Source of the DNA: Macrostomum lignano
Taxonomy: Eukaryota
Direction: 5' to 3'
Length of the DNA stretch: 64,000 nucleotides
Assembly: GCA_002269645.1 (NCBI GenBank)
Contig: NIVC01001113.1
Location: 292,077-356,076, forward strand
The notes beneath the pieces were generated by a model. That model did no database searches. It saw only the letters and a program-made list of their open reading frames with translations, and was not told where the DNA came from. Shown here piece after piece: positions 43,360 through 54,379 of the stretch (position 1 is its first letter; every line of letters starts with the position of its first letter). The position numbers were made by a program, and so were the translations under genes.

Positions 43360-44362
43360 AAAACGGCCACACGCGGAACGGCCACACGACAAAACGGCCA
43401 CACCGTTAAAACGGCCACACGACAAAACGGCCACATAAAACAAAAAGGGTTGCAGATCGATTGCTCATGAGATCCAGCTCATGACATCAAAATGCAAAAG
43501 AAGTAAATGCATTGAGATGTTGTGAAATTTATGTAGGCCGAAAAGGATCCGAAAAGAAAGCACCAGAGAAGCGAAGACGAAATTGTATTTTATGGAGCGA
43601 CCAGCAGTTATGCAAATTTTTAAAAGATGCTAAAATAGTGGTGTAAGAAAGCCTCTTCCTCTTCTTCCAGTACTGTTGGAAGCTCCAGCTCAATTGTTGG
43701 TTCGTCAATGCCAACATCCAATTCTGTGCTATGCAACTTAAACAAGCTGTCTACAAGTGTCTCAGAGTCAGCCTCGAGGCCTGAAATGTAGAGAATTGGA
43801 ATGTAGAAAAAAATCTGCTTTAGCTCAACTTCACATGCATCGACTTACCTAAACCTTCTGGTAACAACTTCAGGTGCGTCAGATGCTGGTAACCTTATTC
43901 GCAAATGTAAGGCAGGTCGCTCCTCAGCAGCTAAGCTGGGTTCCGCTGCCGCACTGTGCTCAGCAGCTAAGCTGGGTTCCGCTGCCGCACTGTGCTCAGC
44001 AGCTGAGCTGGGTGCTAGCAGGCAATTTGGACAAAACCATGGCATCGTCTCATTCTTCATGGCATTGTAGCAAGCTATAGAAACGGCTGCGTCTCCTGCA
44101 GTAGCAGCAGATATACAATAATTACCAATTATAGTTAATTCAAATAATTACAACTATAACAGCATACTATAAATAGCAACTCACCTTTCAGACACAATGC
44201 ATGCTGGCGAGGTCTGACTCTAAGTAGACACTTTGGACAACTGTCGTCCATTGTTAAAAATGAAAAATGAAAAAATAAAAAATTATTACATCGTGTGGCC
44301 GTTTTGTCGTGTGGCCGTTTTGACGGTGTGGCCGTTTTGTCGTGTGGCCGTTCCGCGTGTGG
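43360..44362 (-). mobile_element. Non-autonomous TIR element (MULE-like) carrying spliced PHD-finger-like exons
   Basis: About 68-bp inverted arms built from aaaacggccacac units; exon 44251-44185 (MDDSCPKCLLRVRPRQHALC) joins in frame via GTGAGT/CAG to exon 44095-43850 (WFCPNC). Confidence 0.6.
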
Positions 44363-46068
44363 CGCGTGTACGCGGAATGGCCACACAACAAAACGGCCAC
44401 ACCGTTAAGCAATGAACCAGCAATGAACCAATGGGATGCAATTGCGGAGTCATAGGGTGCACTCCATGAAGCCTTTCAAGCTGAAAATCCTCGGTGCAAG
44501 ATTCATGAGCAGCTACAGTACCAAATGTTCGGAAGTGATTTTGTTTTCGATCTCCTATAAATAATATATTTACATAGAAGACAAATTTAATAACTGCACT
44601 GTAAACAACAACGTCACAAAGATATATGGCGTACATCGGCGTACACAAAAAAAATTGGTAGTTTTTTTTTCCGGGGTACATACAGAGTGTTCCGAACTAT
44701 GGTAGTCAGGAAGGTGTCTATATGCAGGAATATTCCCGCATACACTTGGCTGTTAGAATCAGTTTTGGCGTACAGATCTTTAGAAAACTGGTGTATCTGC
44801 GTATCTATGTACACACGCAATAGAACAACAAAATCGGAATACCAATTTTACTGGCGGCATCATAACCATTGTCTGCACACGTAAGCAAGCACTGTGACCT
44901 TTTTTCCAAATCATATTCAATCTCATTTGCATTGTATCGTATGTCTTTGCTGATTTATGGCCATTGAAAAAATTAAAGAATAATAAAAAGTAAGCAGATA
45001 ATAGAAAACTATTTTTAAAGACTATTATTTTGCACTTTTGTGAAAAAAGAATTGTTTTATTTGTTTCTGTTTTCAATTTTTTTCAAATTGTTGTGTGCAA
45101 TAAAGTAGTCCATTCTTTTGTAAATGATACAGAAAAAGGACTTCAGCGTATAGCATAATGACCAATGTTCTAATGACTAATGTACTTAATGTTCGAAATG
45201 AAGCTAAAAAAATGGCCCAGAATTAGTTACTATGGCAACCAAAGTCAGATATCTTTAAACCCCCCCCCCGACCTCACAATTCTTAAGCCTGCCCTATCAA
45301 AGCTTAGCTTTAGTCTAGATTTAATTCATTAAGCTAGCTTGCTTACCCAGCACGGCTTCGAGGGCCATGAGGCTGGCATATTTAAACAGAAGTATTGGCA
45401 AAAACTTACCTTGCTTAACTCTCTTTAGACTTAGTACCGTAAGCAAAGCAATGAGGGAAACAGTTTGCTTGCAGCAGAGAACGCAGAGAATATATTACAA
45501 AAGGTTTCCGCTGGCGCTTGCTTCTTCTCGTTTAACGCGATCTAGTGTATAGTTGGAGGGTCAGGCAGATAGACTGTTTTTCTTTCCACAGTGTACATTT
45601 AAACCCTTGCTGCCGGGGGAGAGAGAGGGCGCGGTCGCCTATGTACGACGTGGCACGCGTGCTCCGCGTGTTTAGAGAGTACATATTGTGGGGTGGCGGG
45701 GTGGTTTGGTGCGCTGCGCGGTGGATAAGGAAAAGAGGGAAAGGAAATGCGCACACGGGGTTGATGGTTCTGAGTCAGGGTGGGGGTTGAGAGAGGAGAG
45801 AAAGGAAAATTCCTTTTTGGCTTCTCTCCGTGTGGGGCAAGGCCGACCGGGCTTGTGTCTGGTGTGAGGGCCGGGCGCCCCGGCGGGGCGGGAAGCAGGT
45901 TCGCGTTAACAGTTTGCGGGCAGGGTGCAAACACCCTCAATTGTATTGTGCATGTAGCAGATAAGCCTTTCAGTAGCGGATTTAGAGGAGGCGGGGGGCG
46001 CACACGGCGCGCCCGCCCCCCCCCGTAGAGTTGATTGTTTTCTTTTTTATATGGAAAATACAAATTAT

Positions 46069-46297
46069 CAGTGGCGTAGCCAGGGGCGGCCCCCCCAATC
46101 GCCTGGGGAGTGGGGTTGGCCGCGGCGGGTACCAAAAGGCAAAAACCATGAAGCAATTGACTGCCTGTGGCGCTAAAATGAGTGCCTGCGGCGCTAAAAT
46201 AAGTGCCTGCGGCGCCAAAAGTGGCAATGGCATAAGGCATGGCCAGCCAGGCCAACCCGCCCCCCCCCCCCAATTGAAATTCCTGGCTACGCCACTG
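46069..46297. mobile_element. hAT-type MITE (229 bp)
   Basis: 16-bp TIR cagtggcgtagccagg; 8-bp TSD caaattat/cacattat. Confidence 0.88.
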
Positions 46298-46315
46298 CAC
46301 ATTATCGGGTACGTA

Positions 46316-47034
46316 TACATGTACCAAGGACGACTTAAGTAGGACGGGAAACCTCGTTTCTTAAAAAATTTTTGAAGGCGCTTTTTACCGATAAAAACAC
46401 TACGGAGATAGGAAATTTTCATTTTTTCAGCACAAAAATTGCTATAGCTTTTGATAGGAGGCAGATCCAGTGTTAATTTTTTGATATGTTGTGCTTCTTT
46501 TATTGCTCTATCGATATTTATAAAACTTTTCGTTCAGAAAATTAGGATTCTATGCTATTTTTTTATTCTACGTATATTTTCACGTGTCTTGTGCCTGAAA
46601 TACATTAAAATGCCGCGGCTCGGCTCTTTGGTTTTATGAGTCTATTTTATCATTCTCACCAGGTGACCTGACTGTATAGCAAATATTCGTAACAGAGATG
46701 ATAAAATAGATTCATAAAACCAAATATTAGAGCTGTACCATGCACTTTTGTGATTTTTAGATACAGGAAATATACGTAGAATAAAAAATTAACATAGAAT
46801 CCTAATTTTCTGAACGAAAAGCTTTATAAATATCGATAGAGCAATAAAAAAGGCACAAAATTTAAAAAAATGAAGACTGGATCTGCCTCCTATCAAAAGT
46901 TATAGCAATTTTTGTGCTGAAAAAATGAAAATTTCCTATCTCCGCACTGAATTTTATCGGGAAAAAGTGCCTTCAAAATTTTTTTAAGAAACGAGGTTTC
47001 CCGTCCTGCTACTTAAGTCGTCCTTGACATGTAC
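46316..47034. mobile_element. Foldback MITE with about 335-bp inverted arms
   Basis: caaggacgacttaagtaggacgggaaacctcg...ttttatgagtctatttt is mirrored on the right; spacer of about 50 bp. Confidence 0.85.
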
Positions 47035-47366
47035 ATAATATGCAAAACAAGGACAACTTAAGTAGATATAAGTAGTAGAGGATAACACAACTCTGCCGCA
47101 GGGAAAGCCACGGAAATTCCGTGGGTCCGGATCAGAAGGGCGCCTATGTGTTTGCATAGCTCAACTCTGCCGCAGGCAAAGCCATGGGAATTCCTTAGAC
47201 TCCTAATGAGAGTACATAGGCACCTGTGTCCCATAGGGGTAATGTGAATACATAGCCGCATGTGTTTACATAGGAGATATTTGTATATAAACCAGAAAAT
47301 TTGTTTTCACAAATAATAAAAAAATTTGAAATTCTCGCTCCGTTACATCGTAATAACTAATTAATA

Positions 47367-47912
47367 TTGGTCGATATTGGAGAAGGCTACAAACTTCAAG
47401 TACAAGAGTATGAAGGAGTACAGTTTATTGCGATTCGGAAATTTTATCGACATGGCAGCACAGCAAGTTTAAAACCCGGCGTTCCCGGATTTAACCTCAA
47501 CATCCGACAATGGGAGAAGTTGAAAGAACTGAAGCGAACTCTCGTGAAGGCGGCCCTAGGCGGGCAACAGAGGATCATCAAACTCGGTTTTGATAAGTTT
47601 GTTGAGGTTAAGAACGGCATCATCTGGCTAAGACGGCTTCCAGAAGATTGCTGCGAAGAATTTTTGAAGCGAAACACTGTGGCTTTGGCACCAGCTCTGT
47701 GGCGAAAACTGTGGGAGCAGGCTGCATGGATCGACGAGCAGCTGTCTGCCCCACGCCAAATTTCTGATGTGTATGAGCTGGAGTCGGGATCTTCGAGCGA
47801 GAGAAACGGTGATGATGATGACAACAGCAACAAGGACGACACCATGCGGCTTGCGAAGACTGCACTCTACGCATCGACGATGAAATGGTCACATCAACGC
47901 CTCTACCGGTGA
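47367..47912 (+). CDS. Tandem PC4/Sub1-like ssDNA-binding (transcription coactivator p15) protein
   Basis: LQVQEYEGVQFIAIRKFY...LKPGVPGFNLNIRQWEKLKE matches PC4 VxIRxxY...KPGxxGIxLxxxQWxxL; a second degenerate repeat ends in VALAPALWRKLWE. Confidence 0.75.
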   Translation: MVDIGEGYKLQVQEYEGVQFIAIRKFYRHGSTASLKPGVPGFNLNIRQWEKLKELKRTLVKAALGGQQRIIKLGFDKFVEVKNGIIWLRRLPEDCCEEFLKRNTVALAPALWRKLWEQAAWIDEQLSAPRQISDVYELESGSSSERNGDDDDNSNKDDTMRLAKTALYASTMKWSHQRLYR

Positions 47913-48088
47913 CAAGTGCTGCAGCTGGCTTTATCCCAAAGCAGGATTCGGATTTGCTGCAGGACCCAGTCTGGTATCGCTTCCGGGCTGAAGCAGCTGC
48001 GGTCGAGAACATCAGGAAGCGCAAGCAACCATATCCGCTGCGCAGGCAGAATGCCATGAGACTGCGCCTCAATGAGGATGAGGAGTGA
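47885..48088 (+). CDS. Small hypothetical protein (67 aa)
   Basis: Overlaps the PC4 gene end; basic RKRK patch and acidic tail; no recognised domain. Confidence 0.4.
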   Translation: MVTSTPLPVTSAAAGFIPKQDSDLLQDPVWYRFRAEAAAVENIRKRKQPYPLRRQNAMRLRLNEDEE

Positions 48089-48534
48089 AGAAGAAGAATA
48101 AGAAGTGCTTTGAAGAACTTTGGTGACTGGTGACATACTTAAATTGGCTCATTTAACAATTTCTATAATTAACATTGCTCATTTATCCAGAAAACTTAAT
48201 TAAGTCTCTCCATTTAAGAAAATCATGCAACTTATTGTTTCTTATCCGCTAAAAAATATAAAAGCTTCTTTTCATAAAAAAATTGTTTTCCTTTGTTCTT
48301 GTGCTTAAGAAAAAATTAGACTGTTGACTTTTGTTTCTTGAGAAAATGGAAAAAATTTACTTTGCTCCTGGCCAACCAGCTAGTTTTTCAATTTGCTCAA
48401 AGCTGCTGCATCAAGTTGGAGAAGAGGGTGGGCATAAAAATTGAAAGAGCATTGAACAGTGGCTCAATGAGCAAACCGCGAAAAGAACTTAAAAAAAATT
48501 GTTTTGCAGGCTTTCATTCAGCTTGATTTTGATA

Positions 48535-49604
48535 ATGGAAAAGATCTACTACAACCCTGCTCAGCCTGCCAGTTTCTCGGGTGTCTCAAAGCTTCTGCAC
48601 GAGCTCAAGAAAACACAGGATAATCGTGAATCTAAAAAGAGCATCGGACAATGGCTGACTGAGCAGCCTGTGTACACACTGCACAAGCAAGCTAGGAGAC
48701 GCTATCCTATGGCACCAATCATTGTTAGGGCTATTGATGATCAGTGGGAACTTGACCTGGTTGAGATGATACCATTTGCAAAATACAAAACGGCTACAAG
48801 TATATTCTCACATGTATAGATGTCCTCTCTAAATCTGGTTGGGCCAGGCCTCTAAAAAACAAATCAGCTGCGGAAGTCAAGTTCGCATTCGAGAGTATCC
48901 TGAGGTGCTCAAAGCGCCAGCCACGCACAGTCCGCACGGATCAAGGAAAAGAGTTCATCAATACAAATTTTCGGGAGCTCTGTATAAGCAAGGGAATTTT
49001 GGCATTCCCCACTAATAGTGAGCAAAAAGCAGCCATCATAGAGAGGTGGAATAGAACTTTGAAAAACAAAATGTGGCGATATTTCACCCACAAGAGCACT
49101 TTGCATTGGGTTGATGTGTTGCCAAAGCTGGTCAAGTCGTACAACAACACTTACCACAGAAGCATCAAAATGGCACCGACTAGCGTATGCAAAGAGAATG
49201 AGACTGAGGTCTGGATGAACCTTTACAATGGAAGAGCCATTGAGACTGTAAATAAGCCAAAGAAGCCCAAATTCAGTGAAAAGCAGTCAGTGAGAATTTC
49301 CAATGCACCCAGGCTATTCCACAAAGGATACAAGGCCAACTGGAGTGAGGAGGTGTACACTGTAGTATGTAGGGCACCGAAGCACTATCCGTACATGTAC
49401 AAGATTAGGGACATAAAGGGTGAGGAGATCCGGGGTCTCTTTCATGAGCATGAGCTGCAGGCGGTGCCGGACTCACAGCGACTGTATGTGATTGAGAAGA
49501 TTCTGAAAACGGAGAAGCGGAAGGGAAAAATTCGCTATCTGGTGAAGTGGGCCGGCTACGACTCGACAGGCTGGGTGGATGAAAAAGACTTAAGAAAGGT
49601 TTAG
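48535..49604 (+). pseudogene. int: Maverick integrase with C-terminal chromodomain, one frameshift near 48788
   Basis: QWELDL / RTDQGKEF / IIERWNRT DDE triad; YVIEKILK...YLVKWAGYDSTGWV chromodomain; frame shifts in the A-run caaaac. Confidence 0.93.
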
Positions 49605-49623
49605 CTTTTGCGCATCTCTTCTC

Positions 49624-50450
49624 ATGAGGTTTAACATTATAATGCGAACTATTTTGATTAACAGTGAGCATGCTGAAGGTACTCCTAGTGACTTTAATTT
49701 TTACCTGTCTTCACCTATTTACTTGGATCGAAATGTGGACTATGAGGCAGGTCTGGCTGAAATCCATCTGCCTGCTGCATGGTTCAATGTTGACGAGCCT
49801 TACTGCTTCACTGTCTCAGATGGAAGAGAGCATGAGGCCCTGGTTCTTCAACCCGGACGCTTTGCTAGAGTGGAGGAGCTGGTGGAGCGTTTGAATCAGC
49901 TGCTGGCCAACTCTGATTCGCTATTCTTTGATGCAATGAGTGACAGGGAGTCTGAGATGGAGGCTGATGAGTCCGGCCTGATGGGGCGTAGTGGCAACAG
50001 GGAATTCGGTATGAAGTTCGAAATCCGCAACTCACGAACTGTGGTGCACAACAACACTGCGAGAGCAGAGATGTTTCTCCCATCCAGCAAAATTCTGCAT
50101 TGGCTGGGATTTGGAAACCAGGCTGTGAAAATCCAGCCAGGGAGCCGCGTGTCCGAGCACTGCATTGGCTGCCCGCGCACCAGCTTAATCAATGTGCACT
50201 GCAGTATCGTTGAGTCAACTAATTGCAACTTGGGCTCCCTGTTGAGAACAGTTGGAATGAAAGCCGGCATTGAATGGGGCAACTATCAAACAAAAATATT
50301 TAAGAAACAATATTCTTCCCGATTCAACGAATCAGTCTTCTTCACAGCATTCGAGTTCAGCTGCGTGACATCTATGGTTGCCCACTGATTGCCCAGACAC
50401 TCAGCCCTGTTCTGCTCACAGTTCAGATTCGGGAGAAACGCATTCAATGA
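49624..50450 (+). pseudogene. Minor capsid protein (penton), element C, frameshift near 50312
   Basis: TPSDFNFYLSSPIYLD...YEAGLAEI; the alternate frame gives the expected tail FPIQRISLLHSIRVQLRDIYG...VLLTVQIR, stop at 50450. Confidence 0.85.
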
Positions 50451-50835
50451 ACTACCAGCAGCTGATCCAGCAATATTCGGGGGTGAGGACAGGACACGAA
50501 AAGCCTGCACTCTATGGTGTGGGAGCTTTCCGGGGATCATGACATACCAGCCTCCGCCAGCGGCTACATCATCATTCTCAACGCATAGCAATGTCAGGCG
50601 CAAAAGAAATACTGAAGCAAGTCCGAAACGATTGAAGAAGAAGAAGTACACCCGAAAGGCAACTGGTAGAGATCGCACCAATAAGAGGTGCAATGAAAGA
50701 AATCCGAGCAAGGCTAGTAGGAAAAAGCTTAAGAATAGGAAGACGAAAGCAAAGAAGAATGCAGCAGGCGGAGGAAAGCGAAAGCGAAAAGTCAGCAAGA
50801 AAACTGTGAAACGCGTGCTCGACTCTCTGTCATAG
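50447..50835 (+). pseudogene. Basic K/R-rich core-like protein, frameshifted
   Basis: ATG overlaps the penton stop (ATGA); MNYQQLIQQYSG...LYGVG then shifts to a very K/R-rich tail; located just upstream of MCP. Confidence 0.55.
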
Positions 50836-50837
50836 AC

Positions 50838-52120
50838 ATGGCTTACGGATTCAATCCCAGACTTGATTTATTTAAGACGCCTGTTCTACAAACCTGCATT
50901 GAAAAAGCTACTTATGTTGATGTTCACCCAGTAAATTCCATTACTGCAAACTCCCCCATTGAATTTGACTGCCACCAATCTGCCGATGAATACACTGATT
51001 TGCTTAATTCTTTTCTTTATATTCGCTGCCGCCTTGTGAGACTGGATGGGGGTTTGCTGAGGGAGGATGTTCGAGATGGAGATGGCATCATCACCGAGCG
51101 CAGAGACAGTGACGTGCACCCAGAAAACTTTGTTTTGTCTACAGCCTTCTCAGATGTAATTGTGAGCATTAACCAGCGAGTGGTATCTGGTGGAGACCAG
51201 CTCTATCCCTACCATGCGTACTTCAAAGCACTAATGAGCTCATCTGATGCCCAGCAACTAAAACTTTACCCTGCTGGCTTCCTGGAGCCGAACTCGGCAG
51301 CTGAAGAGCACACGGAGAGCCACAGGGAATCCCGATGGATGGAGTATGCGGGACCGCTCTTCAGCGATGTTTTCCAATGCCCAGTGTTTCTGCTAAACAA
51401 TCTGCACTTGCACATCAAACTGGTGCCCAGCGATGGGGCCTTTGCCATCAGAAGCCCGAATGCAAACAACGCGGCATACCGCATGGAAATCTCTCACTGC
51501 ATTTTGCATCTTCGCCGAGTCAAAGTGGTGCCCCACATCAGCCTGGCCCACGAGCAGGGGTTGACAAACCAAAATGCACTGTATCCCATCGAGCGAACTG
51601 AAATGCAGAACTTCATCCTACCCCAGGGCATTCAATCTAAAAACATTGAAGGATTCACTCATGGAAAATTGCCGAAGTTCATCATGCTGGCCTTCGTGAG
51701 CCACCGTGCATTCAACGGTCATCATCACGCGAGCCCGTTCCAGTTCCAGAGCTTCAACCTTAGCCGGTTGGCTCTAAAGAAAGGTGGGGAAACCGTGTGC
51801 CACGGTGCCTTCACACCTGAAAACAATTCCTTTGTAAGAGAATACTTACACTACCTGAAAAGCTGTCAATCTGCAAGCCACACGAACTCGGTTCCGTGGA
51901 TCCCTACCAGCTCTTCTCCAACAACAGCACGGTGTTTGCATTCGATCTCACACCAGAGGGAGCGGCTCTGTGGTACGGACAGAAGGAGGGCAACCTGCGG
52001 TTGGAGATTCGCTTCCGACAGGCTCTGGACGAAACGGTGTCCCTGATCGCTCTGTGCCTGTATGACTCGCTGATTGAGGTCACCAAGCACCGGGAGCTTT
52101 TGCTGGACTATTCCTCTTAA
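50838..52120 (+). pseudogene. Major capsid protein, element C, frameshift near 51880
   Basis: LDLFKTP...PIEF...YTDL...YPYHAY...LPKFIMLAFV...PFQFQSFNL; C-terminus TVFAFDLTPE...GNLRLEIRF is in the next frame. Confidence 0.92.
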
Positions 52121-52125
52121 CTGGC

Positions 52126-52635
52126 ATGGAAGCAATTCAACTACTCCATCTCGCCAGAAAATTTTTGTCTTGCCGAAAATTCTTCATCATTACTTTACAT
52201 TCACGCTATAAAAATGTATTGTCTTTGAGTCTAAAAAGAAAATATCGATCAATTCCCTTTGAAAACAAGTTTGTGTTTATCCTACTACAGCACAATGGCT
52301 CATTTGGTCATTGGGTGGTGTGCTATGCTGGGCAAGGAAATTGCATTGAGCTGTTCAACTCCCTCGGCTGGGAACCTGAAATTTTATCTGTGGTTTATAA
52401 TTTGTTTCGAGAGATTAAAACAACTGGCTTTTATCTCCGAAGCAATATAAACAGATTTCAATGTGCTAACTCTAATAAATGCGGAGTGTTTTGCATCTAT
52501 TTTGCTTATCAAAAGTTGCTGATCAATCGGTCATTTGAGGGTATTTTAAAGAGTTTGCACTCTAATGAAAAAAATCATTTGAATGATAGAATCTTACAGA
52601 GGTTTGAAGCCAACTTAAGAAAAAGATGTCCGTGA
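52126..52635 (+). CDS. Adenain-like cysteine protease, element C
   Basis: GHWVVC...ELFNSLG...FQ...KCGVFCIYF; Asn replaces the usual FDS Asp. Confidence 0.85.
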   Translation: MEAIQLLHLARKFLSCRKFFIITLHSRYKNVLSLSLKRKYRSIPFENKFVFILLQHNGSFGHWVVCYAGQGNCIELFNSLGWEPEILSVVYNLFREIKTTGFYLRSNINRFQCANSNKCGVFCIYFAYQKLLINRSFEGILKSLHSNEKNHLNDRILQRFEANLRKRCP

Positions 52636-52664
52636 TTTTCTAGAACTATATTTATGCATTAGAC

Positions 52665-53312
52665 ATGGGAGAAAAGCGAGTTTGCTACGATATCCGCCTC
52701 AGGCAGGGAAGCTGCATGATTGTCTGCGGGCCCACCAATGCAGGAAAAACAACCTTTGTCAAACACCTGATCCAGTACAGAGACGTCATGTTTGATGTGA
52801 AGCCTGGCAGAGTTCTGTGGTACTATGGGATCTCACAGGCAGGCCATGCAGAACTGAGCAGCCTAGGTGTGCAGCTGCGCCAGGGATTCCCCACCAACAT
52901 CGAGGCAGCACTTAGGCCCAATGACCTGGTTGTTTTCGATGACTTAATAGAGGAAACTTCAAATTCTGCTTCAATGCGAAATTTTTTCACAGGAATCGCA
53001 CATCACTTGCCGTGCTTTTTGGTGATGCTGACTCAGAATATATTTTTCAAGGGAAAAGAGTCGCGAACAATGAGCTTGAATGTAATGTACTTAGCTATCT
53101 TGAAAAACCCCCGAGACCAGCTGCAGATTGCAGCACTGGGCAGGCAGTGCTTTACAGAGAAGCCCGGCTTTCTGCTGTCAGTGTTCAAGCACGTGACCGC
53201 GCAGAACAGGGGAGCCTACCTGTTCCTAGACTTTCACCCATCAACTCCCGATGAGCTGCGAGTGCGGGCCAGAATTTTGCCCAACCAGCGACCCCATCTT
53301 GTATTTGCTTAA
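52665..53312 (+). CDS. A32-like packaging ATPase, element C
   Basis: VCGPTNAGKT Walker A, LVVFDDL Walker B, AHH...TQNIF, KNPRD motifs. Confidence 0.93.
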   Translation: MGEKRVCYDIRLRQGSCMIVCGPTNAGKTTFVKHLIQYRDVMFDVKPGRVLWYYGISQAGHAELSSLGVQLRQGFPTNIEAALRPNDLVVFDDLIEETSNSASMRNFFTGIAHHLPCFLVMLTQNIFFKGKESRTMSLNVMYLAILKNPRDQLQIAALGRQCFTEKPGFLLSVFKHVTAQNRGAYLFLDFHPSTPDELRVRARILPNQRPHLVFA

Positions 53313-53354
53313 GAAAGTGAAGCTTGTTTTTTATCGGCTATTGTTTTCATCGCT

Positions 53355-53693
53355 ATGGAAGTGCTTGATTCACATGCAAGTCTTTTTGCGGTTCTTGCGT
53401 CACCTAAATATACCGTGCGCTTCAAGCAGCTGTTGATAAAAAATTGTCCAAAAGAAGTGCGTTATTTTCTTGTTGAGGCCTGTCATAATCTCTTACAAAA
53501 CAATTTATCGTTTTCGATCGATGAAAAAGCTGTTCTTGCAAAGTCAAAAGAGATAATTCGAAAAATTACTCAGCAGAGAAGAAAGATAGACTTGTTAAAG
53601 GCTGGCTTCATCAAAATACTCCCGATTCTGCTTAAGCTGGTAAAGAAAAAGAAGCAAAATGAACAAATTTTCAGAAATGGTTCTGATTTCTAA
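53355..53693 (+). CDS. Conserved Maverick hypothetical protein
   Basis: LLIKNCP...LVEACHNLLQ...LAKSKEIIRKI...GFIKILP pattern recalled from Maverick ORFs downstream of the ATPase. Confidence 0.6.
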   Translation: MEVLDSHASLFAVLASPKYTVRFKQLLIKNCPKEVRYFLVEACHNLLQNNLSFSIDEKAVLAKSKEIIRKITQQRRKIDLLKAGFIKILPILLKLVKKKKQNEQIFRNGSDF

Positions 53694-54351
53694 AGCAGAG
53701 TATGAGATGTTAGTGCAGAATTTGAAGCCAAATGAGACTAGCACTGACGCTGACTTGAAGCAGGCTCAGAAGAAATGCGATGATATCTTGTATGCCGAGG
53801 ATTATCCAGAAGATGTGAAAACCGCCATGTATCAAAGTGCAATGCAAAGTTTGCTGGCCAAGCGCAAGCACGCTGGAAAAGAAGGATCACGAAATACTGA
53901 AGCCAAGTTGATGAAAATAGAGACACCCCAGATGAACACCTGGGAAGAGAAGATCAGCAAGTCGGTGCCACAGAAATTCAAAACCAGGGCTCGCAGTCTA
54001 TGGACGATCCTGTCCACCAATCCAGAGCTGATTGGAGTTTGTGAAAACGGAGAGGTGGAAATCGCAGGCACGTCAATCCCTTCCTCAAACATACTGGACT
54101 TGATTCAGCACGCAGTGAGGGATTCGTCATGTGAGCGTGAACCAGTTGGGTGGAACGAGTTCATCGATTTGCTGCAGCAGAAAAAGCTTAATGTTCCGCT
54201 TTCTGCTGTTGGTAAATCAGTTAAGAAGAAAATGGCAACCAGCAGAGGGGGTGAACTGGAGAAAGAACAGGAGAGTCTAGTCAAGGGGTACGGGAGCAAC
54301 ACAGCCTGGCTGAAACTGCCTGGCAGAAAAGTATATAAGAAGGTGGACTGA
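53659..54351 (+). CDS. Conserved Maverick hypothetical protein
   Basis: MVLISKAEYE...DVKTAMYQ and IPSSNILDLIQH...PVGWNEF...LNVPLS pattern recalled from Mavericks. Confidence 0.6.
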   Translation: MNKFSEMVLISKAEYEMLVQNLKPNETSTDADLKQAQKKCDDILYAEDYPEDVKTAMYQSAMQSLLAKRKHAGKEGSRNTEAKLMKIETPQMNTWEEKISKSVPQKFKTRARSLWTILSTNPELIGVCENGEVEIAGTSIPSSNILDLIQHAVRDSSCEREPVGWNEFIDLLQQKKLNVPLSAVGKSVKKKMATSRGGELEKEQESLVKGYGSNTAWLKLPGRKVYKKVD

Positions 54352-54379
54352 CTCCGAAATTTCGAGGGAAAGCTGCATC

